Positions 18,391-26,442 of a stretch of 38,856 nt of DNA are shown here, one piece after another; position 1 is the first letter of the stretch; each line of letters starts with the position of its first letter. The notes under the pieces are model-generated. The model searched no databases. It saw nothing but the letters and a program-made list of their open reading frames with translations, and was not told where the DNA came from. The translations under genes and the position numbers were made by a program. Source of the DNA: Myxococcales bacterium (GTDB lineage Bacteria > Myxococcota_A > Polyangia > Palsa-1104 > JAEUJZ01); the NCBI GenBank assembly GCA_033578775.1, contig JAVQWY010000014.1, positions 64,001 to 102,856 on the forward strand, read 5' to 3'.

Positions 18391-18849
18391 TTAGCTCCGG
18401 GCGCTTTCCAGCTCCATGATGATACGGCGCTGGGCCCGAGTCAGCTGGCGCAGCCGCTCCAGCTCGCGCAGGTCGGCGCGGTGCCGTAGCGCCAGGCGCA
18501 GCAGCAGACGCAGCTCGCCGCTCTCCCAGGGCTTCTGCAGACAGTGGTACACTGTCTCCCGTTCTACGGCCTCCCCGACCAGCCCCGCATCGCCAGCGCC
18601 GGTCATGAGGATCCGCACCAGGGTCGGGTTCCGCTCCTGCAGCGCCTCGCACAGCTGGAGGCCCGTCTGTCCGGGCATGTGGTGATCGCACAGCAGAATG
18701 TCCACCGTCTCGTCTTGCAGGAGTGCCAGCGCCTGCTTTGCGCTGTCGGCCTCCAGCAGCCGATAGGGCTCGCCCCGGAGGGCGCGCTGCAGTGCTTGCC
18801 GCACGGCGGGCTCGTCATCCACGATGAGCACGGTAGGGGACATGGGCAC
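18391..18849 (-). CDS. single-domain response regulator (CheY-like receiver)
   Basis: TVLIVDDEPAVRQAL...DILLCDHHMPGQTGLQLCEAL...LVRILMTGAGD. Confidence 0.8.
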   Translation of the reverse strand: MPMSPTVLIVDDEPAVRQALQRALRGEPYRLLEADSAKQALALLQDETVDILLCDHHMPGQTGLQLCEALQERNPTLVRILMTGAGDAGLVGEAVERETVYHCLQKPWESGELRLLLRLALRHRADLRELERLRQLTRAQRRIIMELESARS

Positions 18850-18916
18850 TCCTGCTGCAGCCCATCGGCCTTGTCTAGCCCTGCCTTAAGCAGGGGCCAG
18901 GGCGTATAGTCAGGCC

Positions 18917-19438
18917 ATGTCTTCTCCCTCTGCTACGGTGACCCGCGGCCGTCGGCTGCAGCCGGCGCGCCGACGCAAACACGCCATGCCGCTCAGTGGC
19001 CTTCCCCTCGTCGAGGAGGCCCTGCGCCGCCTCGATCTGCTCGAGGAAGTCCGGGCGCTGCGGGCGCTGCGGGCCTATGCCCTGGCCTGCGGGCCCCACC
19101 TGCTGCAGAGCACCCGGGCTGAGCGCTTTCGCGACGGCGTGCTCTACATCCGCGCGGAGAGCTCGGCCTGGGCCAACGAGCTTGCGTTGGTGCGCGATCA
19201 GCTGCTGCGCCAGATCCATGCCGTGCCTGGAGGGCAGGAGGTCAGGTCGCTGCGCTTTTGCGTGGGGCCGGTCCGGGAGTTGCCAACGTGGCTGGAAACC
19301 AAGCCAGAGCCGCCGCCCGCCACGCCGGTCCCATGCGATCCGAGCGTCGGCGCGGCCCTGTCCCGCGTGCGCGACCCACAGCTGCGGGAGGCCTTGGCGG
19401 CCCTGTATGTGCGCGCCTGCCGCGCAGGACGGCGCTGA
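18917..19438 (+). CDS. DUF721 (DciA-like) domain protein
   Basis: ALACGPHLLQSTRAERFRDGVLYIRAESSAWANELALVRDQLLRQIH fits the DUF721 signature (h..p..L.dG.L.V.v.SsaWa.EL). Confidence 0.5.
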   Translation: MSSPSATVTRGRRLQPARRRKHAMPLSGLPLVEEALRRLDLLEEVRALRALRAYALACGPHLLQSTRAERFRDGVLYIRAESSAWANELALVRDQLLRQIHAVPGGQEVRSLRFCVGPVRELPTWLETKPEPPPATPVPCDPSVGAALSRVRDPQLREALAALYVRACRAGRR

Positions 19439-19477
19439 GAGCCCTGCGTGCATAGAGGGCGCGTTGGCGCATCCAGG

Positions 19478-20605
19478 ATGCATCCACTATACTGCCAGAC
19501 GAAGACCGTGCGTCCTTATGCCCGTCGGAAAACCACGCCGCAGCTCGTTGTAGTCGCGGCGCTCCTGGCGCTGCTGGTACACGGGCTTGTGCTGCTCCTG
19601 CTGGTGGGCAGCGGGGCCCTGCAGACGCTGCCGCTTGGACGCACCGTGGTGGCCGAGCGCACCGAGGGGTTGCTGCGCTTGGACGAGCCACCCATCGAGA
19701 TCGAGTGGCTGGTGGATCAGCTGGACCGGCCCCAGCAGGAAACCCCTGAGGAGCAGCGCCGCCGACAGGAGGAGGAAACCACGCGCCCCGAGGGACAGGT
19801 GGTGGACATCGCCCGCCCGGCCCTGGAGCAGCGTCCCGACCAGGCGCGCTTTCTGGCCGAGTACGACTCGACGGTCGAGCGGGAGACGCGAGGACCCCCA
19901 GGGCGGTCCCAGGCCGGCGCCCTCCAGCCCGCTGCCCGGCCCACCCCTCCGCCCCGCCCAGCTCGTCCTGGCCGCGCTGGCCCCCCCGGGCCGCTGGCGC
20001 TCCGGTCGGCCTCGTCGCCCCCCGCGGCTGAGAGCAGCCAGGACCTGGCCCCCGATGGCACGGCCCGGTGGCAGCCCGGCGGCCCCCATCGGACGCCCTC
20101 CCAGCCCGGCGGTGGGCAACCCGCCGCCCCTGCCACGCCCAACTTGTTGGCCACCCCCGAGCTCCTGGAGCGGGTCCTGGGCCAGGGAGCCGGCTCGCCC
20201 GACTACCTGAAGGACATCGACGACGGCGAGTACACCGCCCTAAACGCCAAGCGGTGGAAGTTCGCCTCGTTTTTCAACCGGCTCAAGCAGGCCGTGGCGG
20301 ACGAGTGGCACCCGGACACCGTCTACCTGCGCCATGATCCGTCGGGCAACATCTACGGCATCAAAGATCGCATCACGGTGCTGCGCGTGCACCTGAAGCC
20401 CGACGGCCGCATCGCCGCCATCCAGATCCTGCGCCCTTCGGGCGTCGAGTTTCTCGACGATGAGGCCGTGGGTGCCTTCAAGCGTGCCCAGCCCTTCCCC
20501 AACCCCCCCCAGCAGCTGGTCGAGCCCGACGGGTTGATCCGGTTCAATTTTGCCTTCATCTTTGAGTTGTCGGGTCGGACCTCATTCAAGGTGTTTCGCT
20601 ACTGA
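19478..20605 (+). CDS. TonB-family energy transducer
   Basis: N-terminal TM (LVVVAALLALLVHGLVLLLLVG), Pro-rich spacer, and C-terminal TonB domain (YGIKDRITVLRVHLKPDGRIAAIQILRPSGVEFLDDEAVGAFKRAQPFPNPP). The ORF tool's upstream GTG at 19448 is also possible. Confidence 0.65.
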   Translation: MHPLYCQTKTVRPYARRKTTPQLVVVAALLALLVHGLVLLLLVGSGALQTLPLGRTVVAERTEGLLRLDEPPIEIEWLVDQLDRPQQETPEEQRRRQEEETTRPEGQVVDIARPALEQRPDQARFLAEYDSTVERETRGPPGRSQAGALQPAARPTPPPRPARPGRAGPPGPLALRSASSPPAAESSQDLAPDGTARWQPGGPHRTPSQPGGGQPAAPATPNLLATPELLERVLGQGAGSPDYLKDIDDGEYTALNAKRWKFASFFNRLKQAVADEWHPDTVYLRHDPSGNIYGIKDRITVLRVHLKPDGRIAAIQILRPSGVEFLDDEAVGAFKRAQPFPNPPQQLVEPDGLIRFNFAFIFELSGRTSFKVFRY

Positions 20606-20690
20606 GGCCTCCCAGCGCGGCAACCGCGTCCTCGTAGCGCTCGACTGCCAGGACCATTCAAGGTGTTTCGCTACTGAGGCCTCCCAGCGC
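20583..20690. repeat. perfect 36-bp direct repeat x2 separated by a 36-bp unique segment, covering the stops of two convergent genes
   Basis: cattcaaggtgtttcgctactgaggcctcccagcgc at 20583-20618 and at 20655-20690. Confidence 0.9.
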
Positions 20691-22034
20691 CCCGCGCAGG
20701 CTGTAGAGATCGTCCAGATACTGTAGGATCAGCTCCCGCACCGCGCCTCGGTCGGGCAGACGGGCCATGAGCCCATAGGCTGCAGCCTGGCCTTGGCCCG
20801 ACCGCTCCGGGTGGGCGCGCACTTCCTCCACGGCGGCGCGCAGGTCGGCCAGGTAGGCCTGCTCCACCCCCTGGTGGGCCGGCGTGATCATGAGGTGGAT
20901 GGCACTCGGGTGCTGCTGCCGGTCTACGTGCCAGCCGCGCGCCGCCAGCGCATCGGCCACGGCCAGGATGTCCACCTCGTCGGAGGTGAAGGCAAAGACG
21001 CTCATGTCCGGCTGGCCCAGCACCCGCAGCCCGGGGATGGCCGCGATGCCCTCCAGAAAGGCGCGGCTGGTGCGCATGATCTGCTCGGCACGGCGCAGGT
21101 AGCCCTGGCGCCCCGTGGACATCAGGGCGGCCCAGGCAGCGGCAATGGCCCCACCGGGACGCGTGCCGGCCAGGGTCGGCGAGCCAAAGAGACCGCCCGG
21201 CCAGTCGCTGGTGACGAAGAACTGGTACCGACGCAGCGCCCGGTTGCGGTAGAGCACCACCGAGGCCCCCTTGGCTGCAAAGCCGTACTTGTGTAGGTCG
21301 GCCGACAGCGATGTGACCCCGGGGACGCTCAGGTCAAAGGGCGGCACCGGATGGCCCAGCTCCCGCACAAACGGCAGCAGAAACCCCCCCAGGCAAGCAT
21401 CCACGTGCATGCCCAGCCCCCGCTCCTGGGCCAGCGCCGCCAGGGCCGGGATGGGATCGATCACCCCATGCGGATAGGCGGGAGCCGAGCCGACAAGCAG
21501 GATGGTCCGTGGTGTGATCGCCGCACGGACGGCATCCACATCCACGCGCAGGTCCGGCCCCAGGGGCACGTGCACGGCCCGCACCCCTAGGTAGTGGGCG
21601 GCCTTGTCGAAGGCCGGATGGGCGGAGACGGGCAGCACCATCTCTGGCTCCACCAGATCTGGACGCTGCGCACGCGCCCAGTCGCGGTAGGTCTTTACGG
21701 CGAGCAGGATGCTCTCTGTCCCGCCCGAGGACATCGTGCCGCAGGCCTCGGGTCCTCCGCCCAGCAGGCTGGCAGCCATGGCCACCACCTCGTTCTCCAT
21801 GCGCAGCAGGCTGCGGAAGGCGGTGGGGTTTAGGGCATTTTCGTCGAAGAACAGGCAGTAGGCCTGTTGCAGCAGGGCCCTGTGCTCGTCGCCGGCGTGG
21901 TAGACGAGGCTGAAGGTGCGGCCCTGGCGCCAGCGGGCGTCCTCGCTGCGGAGCGACTCCATCTGGCGTAGCACCTCCTGGTGTGGCAGGCCCTGCTCAG
22001 GCAGGTGAGAGCGAGGCGGGGGTAGCTCAGACAT
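20658..22034 (-). CDS. PLP-dependent group II decarboxylase-fold enzyme, sphingosine-1-phosphate lyase family
   Basis: LNPTAFRSLLRMENEVVAMAASLLGG, SGGTESILLAVKTYRDWA and SLSADLHKYGFAAKGASVVLYRN, where HK is the PLP lysine, closely parallel the SPL motifs. Start is at MSELPPP; the 176-aa N-terminal ORF extension was rejected. Confidence 0.8.
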   Translation of the reverse strand: MSELPPPRSHLPEQGLPHQEVLRQMESLRSEDARWRQGRTFSLVYHAGDEHRALLQQAYCLFFDENALNPTAFRSLLRMENEVVAMAASLLGGGPEACGTMSSGGTESILLAVKTYRDWARAQRPDLVEPEMVLPVSAHPAFDKAAHYLGVRAVHVPLGPDLRVDVDAVRAAITPRTILLVGSAPAYPHGVIDPIPALAALAQERGLGMHVDACLGGFLLPFVRELGHPVPPFDLSVPGVTSLSADLHKYGFAAKGASVVLYRNRALRRYQFFVTSDWPGGLFGSPTLAGTRPGGAIAAAWAALMSTGRQGYLRRAEQIMRTSRAFLEGIAAIPGLRVLGQPDMSVFAFTSDEVDILAVADALAARGWHVDRQQHPSAIHLMITPAHQGVEQAYLADLRAAVEEVRAHPERSGQGQAAAYGLMARLPDRGAVRELILQYLDDLYSLRGALGGLSSETP

Positions 22035-22312
22035 GCTCTGCAAGCTACACGAAACCGGGCCCCAAGGGCAGCCGTAGGCCGCAACTTCCCCCTGCAGCCC
22101 CTTGGACCTGCAGGCTGGCTTGGGCGTTGCGCCATCGCCTCGTGCGTGCGCTGCTCCGCCCCCGGTCCTGTCCGCGCTGCTGCGTCTTTGGCCCCTGGTG
22201 GTCGGCGGTCGCCGTCGGGGTCGGCTGCAGGGGACGCTCCTGGCGCCTGGCCTCCGGGCGTGTCTTGCACCCGCTCGAGGCACCTCCAGCGCCCTCGGCA
22301 GGGCGGTGGGCG

Positions 22313-23893
22313 TCAGAAGCGGAACTGCACCGCCAGGCGCGCCTCGCGCTCCAACGTGGTGGGGGCGTGCAGGTCGGTGCCGAGGCGGCGCTCCATGAAG
22401 AAGGCGGTCACGGTGCCGATGCTGCGATAAAAGTACAGGTGCACCGCGGCGCGCCACTGCAGCTCGTCCAGCTGGCGCTGCATCTCTGAGCTTAGCATGG
22501 CCGGCGGGTGGTCGAACCCCGAGGCGACGAACTGGCCCACGTCCATGCCCAGCATGAGCCACTTGGACACCGCCAGCACACCGACCTGGATGTTGTAGGC
22601 CAGCCCCCAGGAGCCGAACTCAATCTCGCGCTTGCCATAGGTTTCGGCCTGGATGAGCAGGCGCCGGTAGCGCAGCACGGCGAACAGGTTGGCTGCGGGG
22701 AAGCGCTCCAGCGGCCGCTGCTCCCACTTGACGCCCAGGGCTAGGGCCACGGCCAGCGGCACCGGCGTGTACAGCAGCGGGCTGTCCCATCGGCTGAAGA
22801 AGCCAACCACGTTCCAGTGGATCTGAGCGGCCACCTGGTAGGCGAAGTTGCTGTTGTCCTCGGTCAGGAAGGTGCCGCCGACGTTGCCGGTAAAGCGCCC
22901 GGTGCCGGCCGAGGCCAGGGCACGGTACAGCAGGCGCCCGCCCCGGTCGATGGGCCCGCCAAACTCCACAGCCACGCTGTAGGGCTGCTGGAAGGCGTTG
23001 ACCAGATAGAAGGGCGGGTCGAGCAGAAGCTGCTTGTAGATCGAGATGGCCAAGATGGACGACAGGCCGCCGGTGCCGCTGCTGACGTTGGCGTAGTGGC
23101 CGCGCTTGCCCAGCGGCACCTGAAACATGGCAAAGGTCAGCCGCGGCGTGCGCTCGGCGCGCACGTTGAGCAGGAAGAACGAGTTGCGGATAAACGGGAT
23201 GGGGCCGAGCACGCGCAGCTGCAGGCGCGAAAAGCGGGCGTCGAAGGTGTTGTCCTGCGCCTGGTAGGCGACCTCGGTGCGTGCCACCACGGAGAAGGAG
23301 AAGTTGGGCTGCCCCTGGCAGACGGAGATGGAGGGGTCGAAGCGGCAGCCAAAGTCCTGGCAGTCGGTGCGGCCGTCGCCGTCGTTGTCGATGCCATCGG
23401 CGCACAGCTCGTCGCTGCGTTCGCCGTCCTTGTCGTTGCCGCGGCCGATGAGATCTTCTACGGACATGCCTGGGCCCAGCTCGGGCACCGGCTCCGACGC
23501 CATGGGCTGCCCCGTGCCCTGAGCGCCGCCGGTTGCCAGCGTGGCCTGGGTGCGCTGATAGGAGCCCTGGCACACAGAGATACCGGGCACCTGACAGTCC
23601 GGGTCATCGCAGTCCATCTGGCCGTCGCCATCGTTGTCGATCCAGTCGCTGCATAGGGAATTGGTGGACTCGGGCCGCCCGTCGGGACGGCAGTGGGGCG
23701 AGTCGGCGCAGTCGGCATCGCCGCAGTCATAGACAGTATCGCCATCGTTGTCGATGCCATCGTTGCACTCGGTCTCGCGCGCCGGCTCGGCCGCAGCGAC
23801 AGGTCTGGCCGGGCACAGCAGCACCGCCAGCAGCGCAGACAAGACGACCATGTCCCCTCGGGCCGTGGGTCGCATCGGTCGCATGGCTCGCAT
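22313..23893 (-). CDS. outer-membrane beta-barrel protein with N-terminal Cys-flanked DxDxDG repeats
   Basis: Signal peptide. Four copies of C.DGIDNDGDG..DC.D.DC. The C-terminal ~350 aa have beta-barrel texture and end in the Phe-terminal AVQFRF. Confidence 0.6.
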   Translation of the reverse strand: MRAMRPMRPTARGDMVVLSALLAVLLCPARPVAAAEPARETECNDGIDNDGDTVYDCGDADCADSPHCRPDGRPESTNSLCSDWIDNDGDGQMDCDDPDCQVPGISVCQGSYQRTQATLATGGAQGTGQPMASEPVPELGPGMSVEDLIGRGNDKDGERSDELCADGIDNDGDGRTDCQDFGCRFDPSISVCQGQPNFSFSVVARTEVAYQAQDNTFDARFSRLQLRVLGPIPFIRNSFFLLNVRAERTPRLTFAMFQVPLGKRGHYANVSSGTGGLSSILAISIYKQLLLDPPFYLVNAFQQPYSVAVEFGGPIDRGGRLLYRALASAGTGRFTGNVGGTFLTEDNSNFAYQVAAQIHWNVVGFFSRWDSPLLYTPVPLAVALALGVKWEQRPLERFPAANLFAVLRYRRLLIQAETYGKREIEFGSWGLAYNIQVGVLAVSKWLMLGMDVGQFVASGFDHPPAMLSSEMQRQLDELQWRAAVHLYFYRSIGTVTAFFMERRLGTDLHAPTTLEREARLAVQFRF

Positions 23894-23899
23894 CCTTGG

Positions 23900-25123
23900 C
23901 TACTCACATACGCGACGGCCTGGGCACACCGTCACCAGCGGGTTGTGGCTGCAATCCCAGTCGCGGCAATCTATGAACCCGTCCAGGTCGTTGTCGAGCC
24001 CGTCGGAGCAGCGGGCATTGGCGGCGGCCGCATCGGGGCCGAGGCTCTCTTGGCAGGCCTGGCGCACATCGATGGTGGCGGCCTGGCTGCAGGCCCGGTC
24101 CTCGCAGTCGATGTAGCCGTTGCCATCGTTGTCGAGGCCGTCGGTACAGCGAGCGAAGGTATTCTCCAGGCGGGCAGCGCAGTAGGCCATCAGGTCGGGG
24201 TCGCCTGAGCGCGAGCAGGAAAAGTCGGCGCAGTCGGTGTAGCCGTTGCGGTCGTTGTCCACCCCATCGCTGCAGCGCGCCAGCGTGTTTTCCAGCCGCT
24301 CGGCGCAGTAGGCACGCACGGCCGCGTCAGGGGAGGTGGCGCAGGCGCGGTCGGCGCAGTCGGTGTAGCCGTTGCGGTCGTTGTCCACCCCATCGCTGCA
24401 GCGCGCCAGCGTGTTTTCTGGCAACAGGTCAGCGCACAGGGCCTGGATGGCCGGGTCGGCCGAGCGGGCGCAGTCGAAGTCGCGGCAGTCGGTGTAGCCG
24501 TCGCCGTCGTTGTCGAGGCCGTCGGCGCAGCGCTCGGGGGTGTTTTCTGGCATGCGGCAGCGCTCCAGGCGCACGCAGTCGGGGTCGCGGCAGTCGATGT
24601 GGCCGTCGCCGTCGTTGTCCAGTCCGTCGCTGCAGCGGGCGTCGGTAAGTTCAGTGCAGACGGTGACAAAGGGGCTCTGGCGGCAGCCGAAGTCGCGGCA
24701 GTCGGTGTAGCCGTTGCGGTCGTTGTCCACCCCATCGCTGCAGCGCGCATCGGTATTTTCGATGATGCAGCAGGTCTCGGGGATGGCGCGGCAGCTGGCC
24801 TCGCCGCAGTCCCAGTTGCCATCGCCGTCGTTGTCCACCTGGTCGGTGCAGGTGGCGTAGGTGGCCTCGCGACGGGGGGGTTCAGGGATGGGGGGAACCA
24901 TCTCGCCGCAGAAGGTGGAGGTGAAGCGGCAGTCGGGGTCGCGGCAGTCGACCTGGCCATCGGCGTCGTTGTCGAGGCCGTCGCTGCAGTTTTGATCCTC
25001 GGTCTCGTAGCCCAGCACCGGATAGGGCGGGCGCTCAAAGCAGCCCAGCGCCAGCAGGGCGGCAGCAGGCAGTACGGCCACCAGGCGGCCGGGACGCGGC
25101 GAATCGTCAGATGGGCGGCGCAT
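23900..25123 (-). CDS. lipoprotein composed of ~9 tandem ~41-aa Cys-flanked DxDxDG (Ca-binding-loop-like) repeats
   Basis: Lipobox LLALGC. Repeats of ENT[LF]ARCSDGVDNDRNGYTDCAD..C....P.....YCA. The underlying DNA repeats are near-identical. Confidence 0.65.
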   Translation of the reverse strand: MRRPSDDSPRPGRLVAVLPAAALLALGCFERPPYPVLGYETEDQNCSDGLDNDADGQVDCRDPDCRFTSTFCGEMVPPIPEPPRREATYATCTDQVDNDGDGNWDCGEASCRAIPETCCIIENTDARCSDGVDNDRNGYTDCRDFGCRQSPFVTVCTELTDARCSDGLDNDGDGHIDCRDPDCVRLERCRMPENTPERCADGLDNDGDGYTDCRDFDCARSADPAIQALCADLLPENTLARCSDGVDNDRNGYTDCADRACATSPDAAVRAYCAERLENTLARCSDGVDNDRNGYTDCADFSCSRSGDPDLMAYCAARLENTFARCTDGLDNDGNGYIDCEDRACSQAATIDVRQACQESLGPDAAAANARCSDGLDNDLDGFIDCRDWDCSHNPLVTVCPGRRVCE

Positions 25124-25160
25124 GTACCCTCGCTTTCTTCCCCTTACCTCTCACTTGATC

Positions 25161-26105
25161 TCACTTGATGAGGCAGGCGGCTCGCAACGGACCATACCGC
25201 CGCTGGAACGGCACATGGTACATGCAGGAGGTCTCCTGGCCGGGGTCGCTGCCCAGGGCGCCTGCATCCCTGTAGCGCTCCAGCAGCTGCCGCAGCGGTT
25301 CGCGCAGCGCCTGGCGCACAGGGCGGCCCAGGACGCGGTAGCGCACGTACATGTGGATGGCCGCGCGCAGCTCCTCCACGGAGGCCTGGCGGACCTCGGG
25401 ACTGGCCGCTGGGTCGGCGCGCAGGCGCTCCAGCAGGCGCGCCTCGGTCTCTGGATTGCTCGGGTACTGGCGGTGGCAGATGCGCGTGCACTCGGCATAT
25501 TGCTCGTGGTGCACCCAGGGCACGGAGTGGCCGTCTGCGGTGGAGACGAGGCGGTTGAAGGTACCGCGGCCCTCGGTGTCCTCCTCGCGGGAGTGGAGCG
25601 AGGTGAGCAAGAAGGGCGGCACGCCATGGGCCCACAGGCCACGCCGGGCCTGCATCGCCTCGCGCTGAGCGCGCAGCAGCACGGGATCGCCGGGCTCGTC
25701 GGTGACGCTGAGGACATGGGCGAGGCCGCTGCGCACTTGGGTCTCGGCCAGATCCGGGCACCACAGCAGCGTCCGACCATAGCCGTCGGGGCGGTCTTGG
25801 ATGGTACAGTGCCACACGCCGCGCCGCGCCTGGAGCGTGGCCATCTTGGCCAGCACGTACAACTCCTCTGGCGTCCAGCTTCCCCACTGGTGCACCGGGC
25901 CGTGGGCCTCCAGCGCGTTGAACCCGGCCAGGCGGGTGCGCATCCCGCGGTGGGGCCCGTCCAGCACGCGGAAGCTGTCGCCGTCGTTGAACAGCACCGG
26001 GGTGGGCTGGCCATTGATGAACACCAGGCTGGCTGCCGGATCGGCCCCTGCCGGCGCGGACGCCGCAAGCAGGACCACGAGCAGCGCGGAGCGGGATGGC
26101 AACAA
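25161..26105 (-). CDS. secreted thermonuclease (staphylococcal-nuclease-like, SNase fold) with C-terminal extension
   Basis: Signal peptide. FNDGDSFRVLDGPHRGMRTRLAGFNALE, GLAHV and RRGLWA motifs of the SNase family. TTG start. Confidence 0.7.
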   Translation of the reverse strand: MLPSRSALLVVLLAASAPAGADPAASLVFINGQPTPVLFNDGDSFRVLDGPHRGMRTRLAGFNALEAHGPVHQWGSWTPEELYVLAKMATLQARRGVWHCTIQDRPDGYGRTLLWCPDLAETQVRSGLAHVLSVTDEPGDPVLLRAQREAMQARRGLWAHGVPPFLLTSLHSREEDTEGRGTFNRLVSTADGHSVPWVHHEQYAECTRICHRQYPSNPETEARLLERLRADPAASPEVRQASVEELRAAIHMYVRYRVLGRPVRQALREPLRQLLERYRDAGALGSDPGQETSCMYHVPFQRRYGPLRAACLIK

Positions 26106-26442
26106 CGCGGGGACGATAGTCCCTGGCGAGGCGCTTGTAAAGCAGGATGCGCGCGCCCATTGGCCATCGGGAGGGGTGGGGCCGGCAGGAGCGCTGCTGG
26201 CCGGCTGGAGCGCCGGGGCTCAGGCCCGGGGAGTGGTCAGGGGCGAGCCACCGGACGACGACGTGGGACCGGGTGGGCCGAGGGGAGACCGGAACGCCCG
26301 GGCCCTCATCCGCTCAGCACCACCCGGCACCAGAGCGGGGCTGGCGCGGGGCTGCTAGCGGCATGCTGGATTATCCAGTATCTTATAAAACCCTTGTCCG
26401 AATCAGGCACATCGTCGCGGCCAACATCCAGCAGGAGGACCC

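Noticed and set aside
20658-22562. Upstream 176-aa extension of the SPL-like ORF (start at 22562)
   Set aside because: The extension is Arg/Pro/Ala-rich with no homology. The conserved decarboxylase fold begins right after MSELPPP at 22034.
24190-25038. 282-aa alternative-frame ORF inside the repeat-lipoprotein gene, and other Thr/Ala/Pro-rich frames
   Set aside because: Thr/Ala/Pro-rich out-of-frame translation of the DNA repeats. The annotated frame has a lipobox and coherent Cys/Asp repeat units.
25144-26167. Two overlapping 338-aa minus-strand ORFs in other frames over the nuclease gene
   Set aside because: Only the 25161..26105 frame gives the SNase motifs and a signal peptide. The others are Arg/Pro/Ala-rich.
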